From contig NZ_LSUQ01000002.1 of the NCBI RefSeq assembly GCF_001642725.1, positions 62,001 to 126,000 on the forward strand: 64,000 nt of DNA. The letters run 5' to 3'. The stretch's first letter is position 1. Each line of letters begins with the position of its first letter. Of this stretch, positions 20,514 to 30,664 are shown piece by piece. The notes below the pieces were generated by a model that searched no databases, had not been told where the DNA came from, and saw only the letters and a program-made list of their open reading frames with translations. Position numbers and translations under genes: made by a program. Source of the stretch: Ferroacidibacillus organovorans. Lineage in GTDB: Bacteria; Bacillota; Bacilli; Alicyclobacillales; SLC66.

Positions 20514-21838
20514 CCGAGCTCCTCTTCCGTCTCTCGCACGGCGCGCGCAATCACCTGCAGTCCCTGTTGCAGCGTCTCGTCCGAGATCACCAGCGGGGAT
20601 AACAGGCGAATGATATTGCTGTACACACCAGCCTTCACCGTAATGAGTCCATATTCCAGGCACTTTTTCGTGACAAGCGCCGTCGCTTCCGCGTGCGGTT
20701 CTTTCGTCGCTCGATCCTTGACCAGCTCAATTGCGATCATCGCACCCTGACCGCGCACATCGCCGATAATCGTGCTCTTCTGCTGTAATTCGCGCAGAAA
20801 TGAAACACTCTTCTGCCCAATGTGTTCCGCGCGCGCGGGAAGCTGTTCGCGCTCCATCACTTCGATCACCTTGAGCGCGGCCGCGGCCGCCAGCGGATTT
20901 CCGCCATACGTTCCGCCTAGAGAGCCGACTTGCGGCGCATCCATCACGTCCGCTTTACCGACAACTGCCGCAATCGGAAGCCCCGCACCCAGCGACTTTG
21001 CCACGAGAATGAGATCCGGATCGAGCGCGTCGTAGTGCTCCGCGGCAAACATTTTTCCCGTTCGCGCGAAGCCAGACTGAACCTCATCAAGAATAAACAC
21101 GATTCCACGTTCGCGACAGACGTTTCGCAGCAGCGGAAGATAATTGGTGGGAGGCACAACAAAACCGCCCTCACCCTGCACAGGTTCAACGATGAGCGCC
21201 GCCACTTGATTGGCCTCCACATACGTTTCAAACGCTCGAACAACCGTCTCCACGGCTTGTTCCCCTAACGTCTCTTCATCCAGTTCGCTGCGATATGGAT
21301 TGGGAAAAGGCATGCGATAGATTTCCGGCACAAACGGTCCAAACCCTGTCTTATAGGGAGTCACCTTACTGGTCAGCGACATGCCGAGCATCGTGCGCCC
21401 GTGAAACGCTCCTTCAAACGCAATGACAGCTGGGCGACCCGTGAAACTACGCGCAATCTTGACCGCATTTTCAACCGCTTCGGCGCCCGTGTTGACAAGA
21501 AGCGCTTTCTTCTCTCCCACAATCGGAGCAATGCGGCAGAGTTGTTCCGCCAATTGAAGATAAGGCTCGTTCAGCGTCACGTGAATGCACGTGTGAAAGA
21601 GCTTATCTGCCTGCTCTTTCACAGCTGCGATCACCTCGGGATGGCTGTGTCCAACGTTCATGACACCAATGCCTCCGGCAAAGTCGATGTATTCCCTGCC
21701 CTCCTCATCCCACAGTTTCGCACCTTCTGCGCGCACGACCGCAATCGGGTTCTGCACTGAGACACTCTTTGTGACATAGCGCTCACGAAGCAACGCATTC
21801 GCTTCTCTCTTCGTTTTCATCATCGTCGGTTGTGTCAC
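20510..21838 (-). CDS. gabT: 4-aminobutyrate aminotransferase
   Basis: DFAGGIGV, GAEAVENAVKIAR, EPVQGEGG, DEVQSGFARTG, AKSLG, GGTYGGNP. Confidence 0.92.
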   Translation of the reverse strand: MTQPTMMKTKREANALLRERYVTKSVSVQNPIAVVRAEGAKLWDEEGREYIDFAGGIGVMNVGHSHPEVIAAVKEQADKLFHTCIHVTLNEPYLQLAEQLCRIAPIVGEKKALLVNTGAEAVENAVKIARSFTGRPAVIAFEGAFHGRTMLGMSLTSKVTPYKTGFGPFVPEIYRMPFPNPYRSELDEETLGEQAVETVVRAFETYVEANQVAALIVEPVQGEGGFVVPPTNYLPLLRNVCRERGIVFILDEVQSGFARTGKMFAAEHYDALDPDLILVAKSLGAGLPIAAVVGKADVMDAPQVGSLGGTYGGNPLAAAAALKVIEVMEREQLPARAEHIGQKSVSFLRELQQKSTIIGDVRGQGAMIAIELVKDRATKEPHAEATALVTKKCLEYGLITVKAGVYSNIIRLLSPLVISDETLQQGLQVIARAVRETEEELG

Positions 21839-22028
21839 TCACGATTCCCCCAAAGTTAATAAATTGTTGTCCTGAATTCCAATAATTTATATGAGTTTCA
21901 AGACATCTTGTATGCAATCTATCAGATAATTGATTATAAATAAACAGCCAACAACGGTGAGATGTTGAGAATAACCCATGAATATGCAACAATTCAGTAG
22001 AAACCAGGACAGACGGGAGACAGAAACC

Positions 22029-22946
22029 ATGAGAACCATGAAACTTAGCACCAGCACTTTAGAGGTTCCTGTCGTAGCGATAGGGTGCATGCGAATCAAC
22101 GCATTGGACAAGAAACAAGCGGAAACATTCGTGCAGACTTCACTCGAAGAGGGCGCAAATTTCTTCGATCACGCGGACATCTACGGCAGCGGAACATGCG
22201 AAGAGATTTTTGCCGATGCGATCCGAATGAGTGACGATGTGCGCGAAAAGATCATTCTCCAATCCAAAGTCGGCATTCGCAAAGGATCCTTCGACTTTTC
22301 AAAAGAACATATTCTCGAAGCGGTCAACGGCAGTCTGAAACGTCTCAAAACGGACTATTTGGATGTGTTACTCCTTCATCGACCGGATGCGTTAGTGGAA
22401 CCCGAAGAGGTGGCGGAGGCGTTCGATCTGCTCGAGCGCTCCGGCAAAGTGCGCCATTTTGGCGTCTCCAACCAAAAACCGATGCAAATCGAATTACTTA
22501 AGAAACATGTCAAGCAACCCCTCGTGGCGAACCAGTTACAACTGAGCATTACGAATGCGACGATGATTTCAAACGGAATCAATGTAAACATGGAGAATGA
22601 CGCCGCGCTCGACCGAGACGGCAGCATCCTCGACTATTGCAGGCTTCATGACATCACGGTTCAACCATGGTCGCCCTTCCAATACGGATTTTTCGAGGGC
22701 GTTTTCCTAGGTAGCGACAAGTTCCCAGAACTGAATCGCATCATCGATGCTGTCGCGGCAAAATACGGAGTCAGCAACACGACGATTGCCATCGCGTGGC
22801 TTCTCCGCCACCCGGCGAAAATGCAACCGATTACCGGCACGATGAATCTGGAGCGTTTAAAAGACTGCTGCAAAGCGAGCGATATTACGCTTACGCGCGA
22901 AGATTGGTACGAGATTTACCGCGCGGCTGGCAACATTCTTCCCTAA
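22029..22946 (+). CDS. Aldo/keto reductase (YcsN/YdhF-like)
   Basis: FDHADIYG, LLLHRPD, FGVSN, WLLRHPA. Confidence 0.92.
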   Translation: MRTMKLSTSTLEVPVVAIGCMRINALDKKQAETFVQTSLEEGANFFDHADIYGSGTCEEIFADAIRMSDDVREKIILQSKVGIRKGSFDFSKEHILEAVNGSLKRLKTDYLDVLLLHRPDALVEPEEVAEAFDLLERSGKVRHFGVSNQKPMQIELLKKHVKQPLVANQLQLSITNATMISNGINVNMENDAALDRDGSILDYCRLHDITVQPWSPFQYGFFEGVFLGSDKFPELNRIIDAVAAKYGVSNTTIAIAWLLRHPAKMQPITGTMNLERLKDCCKASDITLTREDWYEIYRAAGNILP

Positions 22947-22960
22947 GCAAGCTGGTCTGC

Positions 22961-23000
22961 AAAAACAGCCTCCCCCTGCCAAGAGGTTGAGGCTGTTTTT
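22961..23000. terminator. Bidirectional intrinsic terminator
   Basis: AAAAACAGCCTC...GAGGCTGTTTTT. Confidence 0.8.
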
Positions 23001-23047
23001 CAATTTGCAAGAACCGGACGGGTCACACTTTGGCGCGCATTATTCCT

Positions 23048-24481
23048 TCAATACGTCGCAGAAGAAACGGCCATGTGGAACGCCTGAAACGTATGTCGCA
23101 CGCTGTAAACGTTGTACACGTCACGACCAAACGTCCAATACAAATGGGAATACCGCCCCACAGGCGTATTTTTCACCCACATGTACCCGTTTGTTTCAGG
23201 TAACAGATGCGTATGCAAATAGGCGACCATTCGTTTCGCCAGCGCAAGATCAGATGATGCGGAACCCGCCTCCACATCAAACGTCCACAGCCCCTCGTGC
23301 CAGCGCACGATTCCGAGGTCACTGTAGATTTTTCCAACAATACCGTTGCCAAGCGATACAACGCGCGACGTCATTCCGACGAAATTCGGTGGCGCGGACA
23401 TTTGTTTGATGAACTGCAGCGCAGTCGGATTTCCCATAAAGCGCTGTACCCCAAATGACGCGATTGGATTTGCGTAACCGAGATGGGATGCGAAGGGAGA
23501 CAGAGTGATTGTATACTGATCCTTCTGTGCCTGTGTCTGCACCTGTGCTGCGGACATTTCCTTTGCTGTCATGAGAAAGTCAGTCGGCGCGAAAAGGGGG
23601 AGATTTACCGTCGGAGTTTGTTGTAGCGACGTTAACGCGCGCGAGATGGGGGCTGGAAAGACCGCTTCGGGTGCACCATGATAAGGCGTCATGCTCACCG
23701 CCATCCTCGCGGCGGACAGCGCGTGGTGGTAATCCCAGTCGTTGTAGACCACGTTGCCCACCGCATAAGAGAGGTACGTATGCTGTCCATCACCCGCATT
23801 GTCCATCATAAGCATGCCGTGCGTTTCGGGCAGTAGATGCGTATGCAAATAACGTACAAGTTGCATCGCTGCGCCTTTCGCGGAATTCATCTGCATATCA
23901 TGCACTTGAAAAAACCATTCCCCTTCACGCCAATCAATCAAAACCGTGTTACGGCCCGTATAGACGGAACTCCAGATACCAAGCCCCAGGTTCATGCGCG
24001 ATGATTTTAGATGTTGCGCTCTGGGATTAATGTAACCGAATCCATAAGAGGTTGTGGACTGTGGCGTCACCTCAACCTGCCTTAATGCCTGGGTAGCGGT
24101 TTTAAACTCCGTCGCGCCAAATCCTCCAATCACCGCGGCAAGGCCAGTATTTGACGGTTGATAGAGCACTGGGCTGTTGAGACCGGCTCGGGTTGTGGAC
24201 AATTGCAGACTGACATGATACTGATTTGCCGTCGCAGAGGCCGTCGCTGCGAGATAGGATCGGCCGAGAGCCCCGTTTCCGTTCCCCGCGAACAACGGCG
24301 CCACGAGGGGAATGTCGCTCCGTTTTTTCACGTATTGCATGGCTTGCGTAACGACCGGATTGAATGCGGGCCTGTTGATCGCTCGCTTCGACGCAGCGAA
24401 TGCGTCAGAACTCGGCATAAGTACGGAAGTACAAGCAAGCGTCGTGATGAGCAGTGAAGGTAGGATCCGCAAGAATTTCAT
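23048..24481 (-). CDS. Secreted hypothetical protein with internally duplicated domain
   Basis: Signal peptide; WREGEW...YLHTHLLPETHG repeated as WHEGLW...YLHTHLLPETNG. Confidence 0.8.
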   Translation of the reverse strand: MKFLRILPSLLITTLACTSVLMPSSDAFAASKRAINRPAFNPVVTQAMQYVKKRSDIPLVAPLFAGNGNGALGRSYLAATASATANQYHVSLQLSTTRAGLNSPVLYQPSNTGLAAVIGGFGATEFKTATQALRQVEVTPQSTTSYGFGYINPRAQHLKSSRMNLGLGIWSSVYTGRNTVLIDWREGEWFFQVHDMQMNSAKGAAMQLVRYLHTHLLPETHGMLMMDNAGDGQHTYLSYAVGNVVYNDWDYHHALSAARMAVSMTPYHGAPEAVFPAPISRALTSLQQTPTVNLPLFAPTDFLMTAKEMSAAQVQTQAQKDQYTITLSPFASHLGYANPIASFGVQRFMGNPTALQFIKQMSAPPNFVGMTSRVVSLGNGIVGKIYSDLGIVRWHEGLWTFDVEAGSASSDLALAKRMVAYLHTHLLPETNGYMWVKNTPVGRYSHLYWTFGRDVYNVYSVRHTFQAFHMAVSSATY

Positions 24482-24619
24482 GATTACAAATATCCCCCGT
24501 CATCTATTTTCTTCGTGCAAGTTATAGACGATCAGGAATATCTGCAGGTTTCATCCATAATTCTCCTTCGCCAGTCAAGCCTAAAACCAGATCGGCCACG
24601 GTTACTCCTTGAATCAAGG

Positions 24620-25951
24620 CTATACCCATCCATGCTTGATTCGATAAATTTTCCTTGGTCTCCCTTTCGCAGTCGGCGTCTCTTGCCCAATTACTTCAGC
24701 CAATTCACTGTGATGCAAGGAAGACAATATTTTCCTCGCATTCCGTTCTGACATCCCCAAAATCTCAGAAACAGAAGAAGCTGTGATGTATTTTTGTGCA
24801 GAAGCTTCCTGCGTAGAAAGCATTCTGTCATACGTTACGATGTTGATCTTTGCGTGATGGAGTTTATCCGAGAGTTCTTTGTCGTCGGTGCGAAACTTCA
24901 TTTTTCTCCCGCTCGACTCTCGAAGAGGACCGTGAATGACTCCCATTTCATCCACGAGGTAGATACCTATATCGTGAGCTATCTTTTCGGCGTGATTTAA
25001 AGCGAGCCGCGCGTTTTTTTCAGCTTCTAATGCTGTGGTTCCATAACCCATTCCGATATTTGCGGCAAGCTTTGTAAGTCACGTGATTTGATGCAAAAGA
25101 TGAATCGCGCGGTCGATTTGTTTTTCAACGATGCCACGTGTTGAAAAAATCATAAACCGACCATTACCGATCGAAACAAACGTCCCCAAAACCTGCTCCG
25201 TATAATCGAGAAGAAGCCCTTGTGTTTTTAAATAGGTGCGATAGATATCATAAAAAACATGATCTTGATCCATCAATGTATTGAAATTTGAAACCTGTAC
25301 AATCTGTATTGCAATTTGACTATGTTTGAACTGTTCTGATTTGATTTCACTCACAACGGAGATCATCATGCGACTCGTCGCTGTTTCGCGATAAGGCAAT
25401 AATAATGTCGGTATTTTTTGTCGCTGTAGCGATTCAAAGACGAGATGGTTCCCTGTGACGCATAGCTTCACACGACCTTCCTGATAGTGAACTTTATGAA
25501 AAGAGAGGAGATCTTCGAAAGCGTTCGATGCAATTTCCAAACGTCCTTGATAGCGATAGACGTTCTTGACGAAACGAAGTGCCACAATGGCGTCCTGCAC
25601 CTCTTCTTCACTCATGTTATCAATACTGAAATGATCCGCTAAACCATCGCTCTCTTGTTCAAACGGTGCAATCGCCCTTATCAACGCTAAAGCATCACGC
25701 GACACAACGCGGGATTTTTGAAACACTGCTTGCATTGTGGCAACATCGTGCGCCAATTGGTCCGAAAAAATCCAGGCATCTATTCTTTCTCGCGTTTCAC
25801 ACACCACATTTGCAATATCCTCAAGTCGATCATATTTATATTCATGCAGAATAAACTCATCCGTAGGTAGTCCATGCGAAAGCGTTCCCAATATCGTTTT
25901 AAGTAATACTAGAAAGTCGTTTGATCCAAGGACTGCAAGTTGAATCTTCAT
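24620..25951 (-). pseudogene. Transcriptional regulator (sensor, cyclase-like middle, C-terminal HTH) interrupted by in-frame TGA at 25079-25081
   Basis: ORFs 25079-25981 and 24620-25051 are in the same frame: HQIT*LTKLAANIGMGYGTTALEAEKNARLAL; C-terminal SERNARKIL...KGRPRKIY. Confidence 0.8.
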
Positions 25952-26071
25952 GATTTGCCTCCGCGTCCATCCATACTTCATCCATCAAGCAAATGTCAAA
26001 CGTTCACAACAACCACTATACCATTCACGATTCGTATTCATAGCATAAGCGGAATACATGCAAAAAATGGA

Positions 26072-26101
26072 TTGACAGATTACGCGACAAGGCTGTAGTT
26101 T
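26072..26101 (+). promoter_or_regulatory. Putative sigmaA promoter for the APC permease
   Basis: TTGACA-N18-TAGTTT. Confidence 0.4.
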
Positions 26102-26210
26102 TAATTAACGGGCGTATTACGGTATAATTCCGAAAATGACACTGGAATTGCCTTAACACACGTTCGTTTCTTGATAGCTACATAACCATCGATTTTGAAG
26201 GGGGATTTTA

Positions 26211-27782
26211 GTGAACGAAGACAGATTGTTAAAAAAGCGACTCGGTATTTGGTCGCTATCTGCCGCGTCACTTGGAGGCGTGATTGGATCCGGGTGGCTG
26301 TTTGGCGCAATGTACGCCGCCAAAGCGGCTGGACCGGAATCCATCGTGGCCTGGATTGTCGGAGCGATCGCCTTTGGCTTGGTTGCCCTCGTATTTAGCG
26401 AACTGGCCATCGTCAAACCCGAGTCGGGCGGATTGGTACGCTATCCGATGTACACCAATGGTTCACTTGTCGCATCCTTGGTCGGTTGGGGAATTTGGCT
26501 CGGATATGCAGGCAACCCGCCAACAGAAGCGTCCGGAATCGTGCAATACGTATCGACCTTTATCCCTGGAGTCTATAACGGTTCCACATTGACCCCTACC
26601 GGAATCTTGCTCGCTGTGGTATTAATGATTGTATTTGTGCTCGTAAACTACTTTGGCGTACACATTTTCGCAAAAGTGAATCTCGTTGTCACAATCATCA
26701 AGTTCGTCGTGCCAACGCTTACACTGATCGCGTTTTTTATGTCAGGATTCCATCCGCAAAACTTTACATCCTACGGTGGATTCGCGCCGTATGGTTGGTC
26801 CGCAGGTCTGAGTTCTATTGCCACAGCAGGTATTGTGTTTGCCTATACCGGATTTCGCGCTGCAGTCGATCTATCCGGTGAAGCTGTAAATCCGCGAAAA
26901 GATATCCCGCGGGCCGTTCTGCTCGCCATTTTCGTTGCAATGATCCTCTACATCGGTTTGCAAGTCGTGTTCATCGGGACCGTCCCCACATCTTCCCTCG
27001 CAACAGGGTGGCACGGTGTCAATTTTAATTCACCTTTTGCACAAATCGCGATGTCCTTAAACCTCATGTGGCTGTACTGGATGCTTATGGCGGACTCAAT
27101 GATCTCCCCAGCCGGTTCGAGTCTTGTCTATACTGCATCCAATTCCCGTGTCGTGTTTGGTCTTGCAAAGAATCGATTTTTCCCTCGCTACTTTGCAAAA
27201 ATCAATGAAAAATACGGCACTCCCACGCGAGCGCTCATCCTGAACTTCATCGTCGGACTATTGTACCTTTTCCCGCTCAAGAGTTGGCATAACATCATTT
27301 CAACAACAGGTGCGCTCGGCATTTTTACCTATTCAGCGGGCGCCGTTTCCGTCTTGGTGTTTCGCAGAATGGGGATCACACAAGCAGACCAACGCATGAA
27401 GGCGATGAACCTTGTTGCGCCACTCGGATTTGTCGTCGGATCTCTCATCATCTATTGGGCGAGTTGGGGTACGCTTCAGACGACGATCTCGCTCTTGTTC
27501 ATCGGCCTCGTTCTCTATGCCATCTCGTTTTTCATTAACAAGCAAGGAAAACGTGAACTGATCGGCGGAACTTGGCTCATCATTTATCTCATCGCGATCT
27601 TCACCCTCTCCAAATTGGGGAGTTTTGGCGGACTAAACGTAATTCCCGCCCCGCTTGATTCGGTTGTCGTCGCGATGGTTTCACTTCTCTGCTACTACTG
27701 GGCGGTTTCCTCCGGAACAAAATTCATGAATACAAAAGAGACGGGCATTTCCGATACGCAAGAATTCATTTCCGAAGTCTGA
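26211..27782 (+). CDS. APC permease (YveA/YbeC aspartate/glutamate-type)
   Basis: GGVIGSGWLFG, AGPES, SGGLVRYP, FAYTGFR. Confidence 0.9.
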   Translation: MNEDRLLKKRLGIWSLSAASLGGVIGSGWLFGAMYAAKAAGPESIVAWIVGAIAFGLVALVFSELAIVKPESGGLVRYPMYTNGSLVASLVGWGIWLGYAGNPPTEASGIVQYVSTFIPGVYNGSTLTPTGILLAVVLMIVFVLVNYFGVHIFAKVNLVVTIIKFVVPTLTLIAFFMSGFHPQNFTSYGGFAPYGWSAGLSSIATAGIVFAYTGFRAAVDLSGEAVNPRKDIPRAVLLAIFVAMILYIGLQVVFIGTVPTSSLATGWHGVNFNSPFAQIAMSLNLMWLYWMLMADSMISPAGSSLVYTASNSRVVFGLAKNRFFPRYFAKINEKYGTPTRALILNFIVGLLYLFPLKSWHNIISTTGALGIFTYSAGAVSVLVFRRMGITQADQRMKAMNLVAPLGFVVGSLIIYWASWGTLQTTISLLFIGLVLYAISFFINKQGKRELIGGTWLIIYLIAIFTLSKLGSFGGLNVIPAPLDSVVVAMVSLLCYYWAVSSGTKFMNTKETGISDTQEFISEV

Positions 27783-27794
27783 CCAGAATCGCAA

Positions 27795-27839
27795 AGAAGC
27801 CGTGGAGACACCTGCCTGACGGTAATCTCCACGGCTTCT
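27795..27839. terminator. Hairpin between convergent genes
   Basis: AGAAGCCGTGGAGA...TCTCCACGGCTTCT. Confidence 0.75.
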
Positions 27840-27847
27840 CTCTTGCC

Positions 27848-28120
27848 CTAGCCACCTGAAATTGCCTTTAAGATCCACACCTCGGATCCGTCCGCCACTT
27901 CTTCTGAGACGTGCGCACATGTCGGAAGTCGACGGCCAGAAACAAACACGCTGAGATGCACACGAAAACGTCCATCCGGCTCCGCCAACCACGATGCCAT
28001 TCCAGGATACTGAAGGTTGAGCATTTCCAGAATCCCTGCACATGATCGTGCCTGAACCGTCACCACAGAATCGGCGTGAAATTCGTCAGCGAGATCGAAC
28101 GGCAAGTGTACCGTAATCAT
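27848..28120 (-). CDS. MoaD/ThiS-family ubiquitin-like protein
   Basis: 90 aa from ATG 28120 (ATGA overlap), YPG motif, ends AISGG. Confidence 0.85.
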   Translation of the reverse strand: MITVHLPFDLADEFHADSVVTVQARSCAGILEMLNLQYPGMASWLAEPDGRFRVHLSVFVSGRRLPTCAHVSEEVADGSEVWILKAISGG

Positions 28121-29175
28121 TCTTCCTCGACCGCGACGACAGAATAAATTCGCGGCAAATGCTCCGCCAAAAGACGCCAATTCTCCCCTTCATCCATCGA
28201 ACCATAGACGGCTCCCGAAGTCGTTCCGAAGTACAGACCGAGCGGTTCTCTGCCATCTCCGGTAAATGCGTCCCTCAGAATCCCAGTGAATGCCTGTGGA
28301 AGTCCGCGCTGAAGCGACTCCCATTGTCGTCCGCCATCCCGGGTACGGTATACCGCAAGGGCGTGATCTGGTGACCAGCGCGGCCAGCGTTGAAGTGGCA
28401 AGACATAGGCGCGTTCAGGATCGAGTGGATGACCAACAATTGGAAAACCGAAATCAGAAGGTAATTGTGCACCGACAGACACCCAATGATCACCGCCATC
28501 GTCCGAGCGATAGACCCCTCCATGATTTTGCAGCCAAATCCGTCCCTCGAGGGTTGGTGAGAGCCAAAACTTGTGAACGCATTGTCCCGATTCGGGAAAC
28601 TGCTGATCTTCGGGCATAAATTCCGCCTGAATCCCCTGATTGATCGGTTGCCAATGCTCACCCTCATCATCCGAGCGATAGATTCCCCCTGAAGAACAGG
28701 CAATGTAGAGACGATGGGGCAGGAATGGATCTATGGCAATCGTGTGCAAACACTTTCCGCCATACCCAGGCCCCCATGTCTCGTGCGTCGGGTGTTGGCG
28801 CAGTGCGCGCACCTCGGTCCACGTGTCACCACCGTCTGTTGAGCGAAATAGACCGCTCGCCTCAACCCCCGCATACAAGGTTTTTTCTCCAACCCAGCGG
28901 ATAGACCAAACACGCGTCACGCGTTCCGGGTCCTCTGCGTCATATTGCAGCCCGCTGCCACCTGTATCCCATGTTTCACCCCAATCCAGCGATCTGCGGA
29001 TGGATGGGCCGTAAAACTCCGAATTTACACCTGCGTAAATCGTTCCAGTCTTCGGGTCAAACGCACTGGTATACACAGGATCACCCAACAACACCGGTTC
29101 AAGCGCGCGCCACTCTTCTCGATGATCCGTCTTGAATCGAAAGAGTCCTTTCGCGGTTCCCACCAAAAGATACAC
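28117..29175 (-). CDS. BNR/Asp-box beta-propeller protein (often auto-annotated as sialidase)
   Basis: LLVGTAKGLF; repeated Asp boxes (RSTDGGDTW, RSDDEGEHW, RSDDGGDHW, RTRDGGRQW); GTG 29175 after AAGGGA. Confidence 0.88.
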   Translation of the reverse strand: MYLLVGTAKGLFRFKTDHREEWRALEPVLLGDPVYTSAFDPKTGTIYAGVNSEFYGPSIRRSLDWGETWDTGGSGLQYDAEDPERVTRVWSIRWVGEKTLYAGVEASGLFRSTDGGDTWTEVRALRQHPTHETWGPGYGGKCLHTIAIDPFLPHRLYIACSSGGIYRSDDEGEHWQPINQGIQAEFMPEDQQFPESGQCVHKFWLSPTLEGRIWLQNHGGVYRSDDGGDHWVSVGAQLPSDFGFPIVGHPLDPERAYVLPLQRWPRWSPDHALAVYRTRDGGRQWESLQRGLPQAFTGILRDAFTGDGREPLGLYFGTTSGAVYGSMDEGENWRLLAEHLPRIYSVVAVEEE

Positions 29176-29290
29176 ACTGCCACATCCCTTCACTCTGCGT
29201 GTCGTGTCAATTCTACCAGATGATTTCGATACTTCCATTATCAATACTCGATGATTGCGGACAAATCCGATGGTTCATTGCAACAAGTCC

Positions 29291-30664
29291 TTATTCAAGA
29301 CGACTTGCAGGGAGCGTAAACCCAAACGTCGATCCTTCACCCTGAATGCTCTTTACAAAAACAGAACCGCCATGCTGCTCAACAATCTCTTTCACAATCG
29401 CCAGACCCAGACCAGATCCCCCGGTGTCCCTACAGCGCGAATGGTCCACGCGATAAAACCGTTCAAAGAGATAAGGCAAATGTTCTGCCGCGATTCCCAG
29501 CCCCTGATCCCGAATCGCGATCTGTATTCCGCCCCCTCTGTCACGATTTTTCCTCAAATGCCACTCAATTCGTCCACCATCCGGTGTGAATTTCATCGCA
29601 TTCGTCATCAAATTCACAAGAACCTGGGTCACCCTTCTGCGATCGATCAAAGACCATTCAGAATCCAACTCCGAATCAATCGTACAGGTAATTCCGCGCA
29701 CCTTGCAGTCCACTTGATAGATCTCCCTCATATTTACAAGGAGTTCAACAAGATCAACCCGTGAAACATTTAATTTGAGTACACCTGCCTGCGCATCACT
29801 CAACTGTTGCAAATCGCTTAACACCGTTCCCATGCGAATCATCTCATCATACAGCACTGTGAGCTGTTCATCCTTCAATTCACTGATCCCTAATTGCACA
29901 GATTCGATTTGATTCGCTATAATTGTGATAGGGGTTCTCAACTCATGCATGACATCCGCCAACAATCGTTCCCTCGCCTCTTGCACCATCGTTAAGTGAG
30001 TCTGCATCATGCGAAAAGCATTCAGCACCTCTGCAACTTCGCGATCTTCTCCAACTGGTATGGGAAGATCAAAGATGTGCTGCGTAATCCCTTTTGCGGC
30101 AACTGTCAATTGTTCCAAAGGTTGAAGAACGCGTCGGAGCACCTGGATGGCAATCAAGGTTGAGAGTGTGATGGCTACAATAATACAAAAACCCTGTAAC
30201 AGAGAGAAAAAACTGAATAATTGATGACTCAATTGCGCGAGAGGCGGCGAGACGGTCGGCCGGACAAAAAGCGTTCCGATCGATTGATCCATCACGACGA
30301 TCGGACTTGTTAACCAGGTAGACTGTGGTTTCACATTCTCGGGATAGGAGATCAACACCTTATGATTCGAGAGGATACGATACTGCGTATGTCCGAGTAC
30401 AAGTCCATCAATGGGGAAAAGGGATTTCGGCGAGCGAATCAACGCCAGAAATGTCCATGAGTCACCATGCTCCACATATAAGGCAGAAAGCACCCTTGCC
30501 CAATCATCAATCTGATCTTGGCGCACATGTTCCGTATAGACACTCAGTTCTTGCTGGATCACGAGTTGCGACCCAGCAAAATCGATAAGCCCAATAAAAA
30601 TTGCCAGCAATCCAAATAAAAAAAGCAACCGCCGACGCAGCGAATGGAATCCTATCCGCTGCAT
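29291..30664 (-). CDS. HAMP sensor histidine kinase (BaeS-like)
   Basis: Two transmembrane helices, HELRTP, NLMTNAMKF, DQGLGI, GGSGLGL. Confidence 0.93.
   Translation of the reverse strand: MQRIGFHSLRRRLLFLFGLLAIFIGLIDFAGSQLVIQQELSVYTEHVRQDQIDDWARVLSALYVEHGDSWTFLALIRSPKSLFPIDGLVLGHTQYRILSNHKVLISYPENVKPQSTWLTSPIVVMDQSIGTLFVRPTVSPPLAQLSHQLFSFFSLLQGFCIIVAITLSTLIAIQVLRRVLQPLEQLTVAAKGITQHIFDLPIPVGEDREVAEVLNAFRMMQTHLTMVQEARERLLADVMHELRTPITIIANQIESVQLGISELKDEQLTVLYDEMIRMGTVLSDLQQLSDAQAGVLKLNVSRVDLVELLVNMREIYQVDCKVRGITCTIDSELDSEWSLIDRRRVTQVLVNLMTNAMKFTPDGGRIEWHLRKNRDRGGGIQIAIRDQGLGIAAEHLPYLFERFYRVDHSRCRDTGGSGLGLAIVKEIVEQHGGSVFVKSIQGEGSTFGFTLPASRLE

Noticed and set aside
25079..25081. TGA as selenocysteine
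   Set aside because: Not a redox-motif context and no evident SECIS-like hairpin; nonsense mutation is more parsimonious
28117..29175. Sialidase call
   Set aside because: Asp boxes only; no RIP motif or signal peptide
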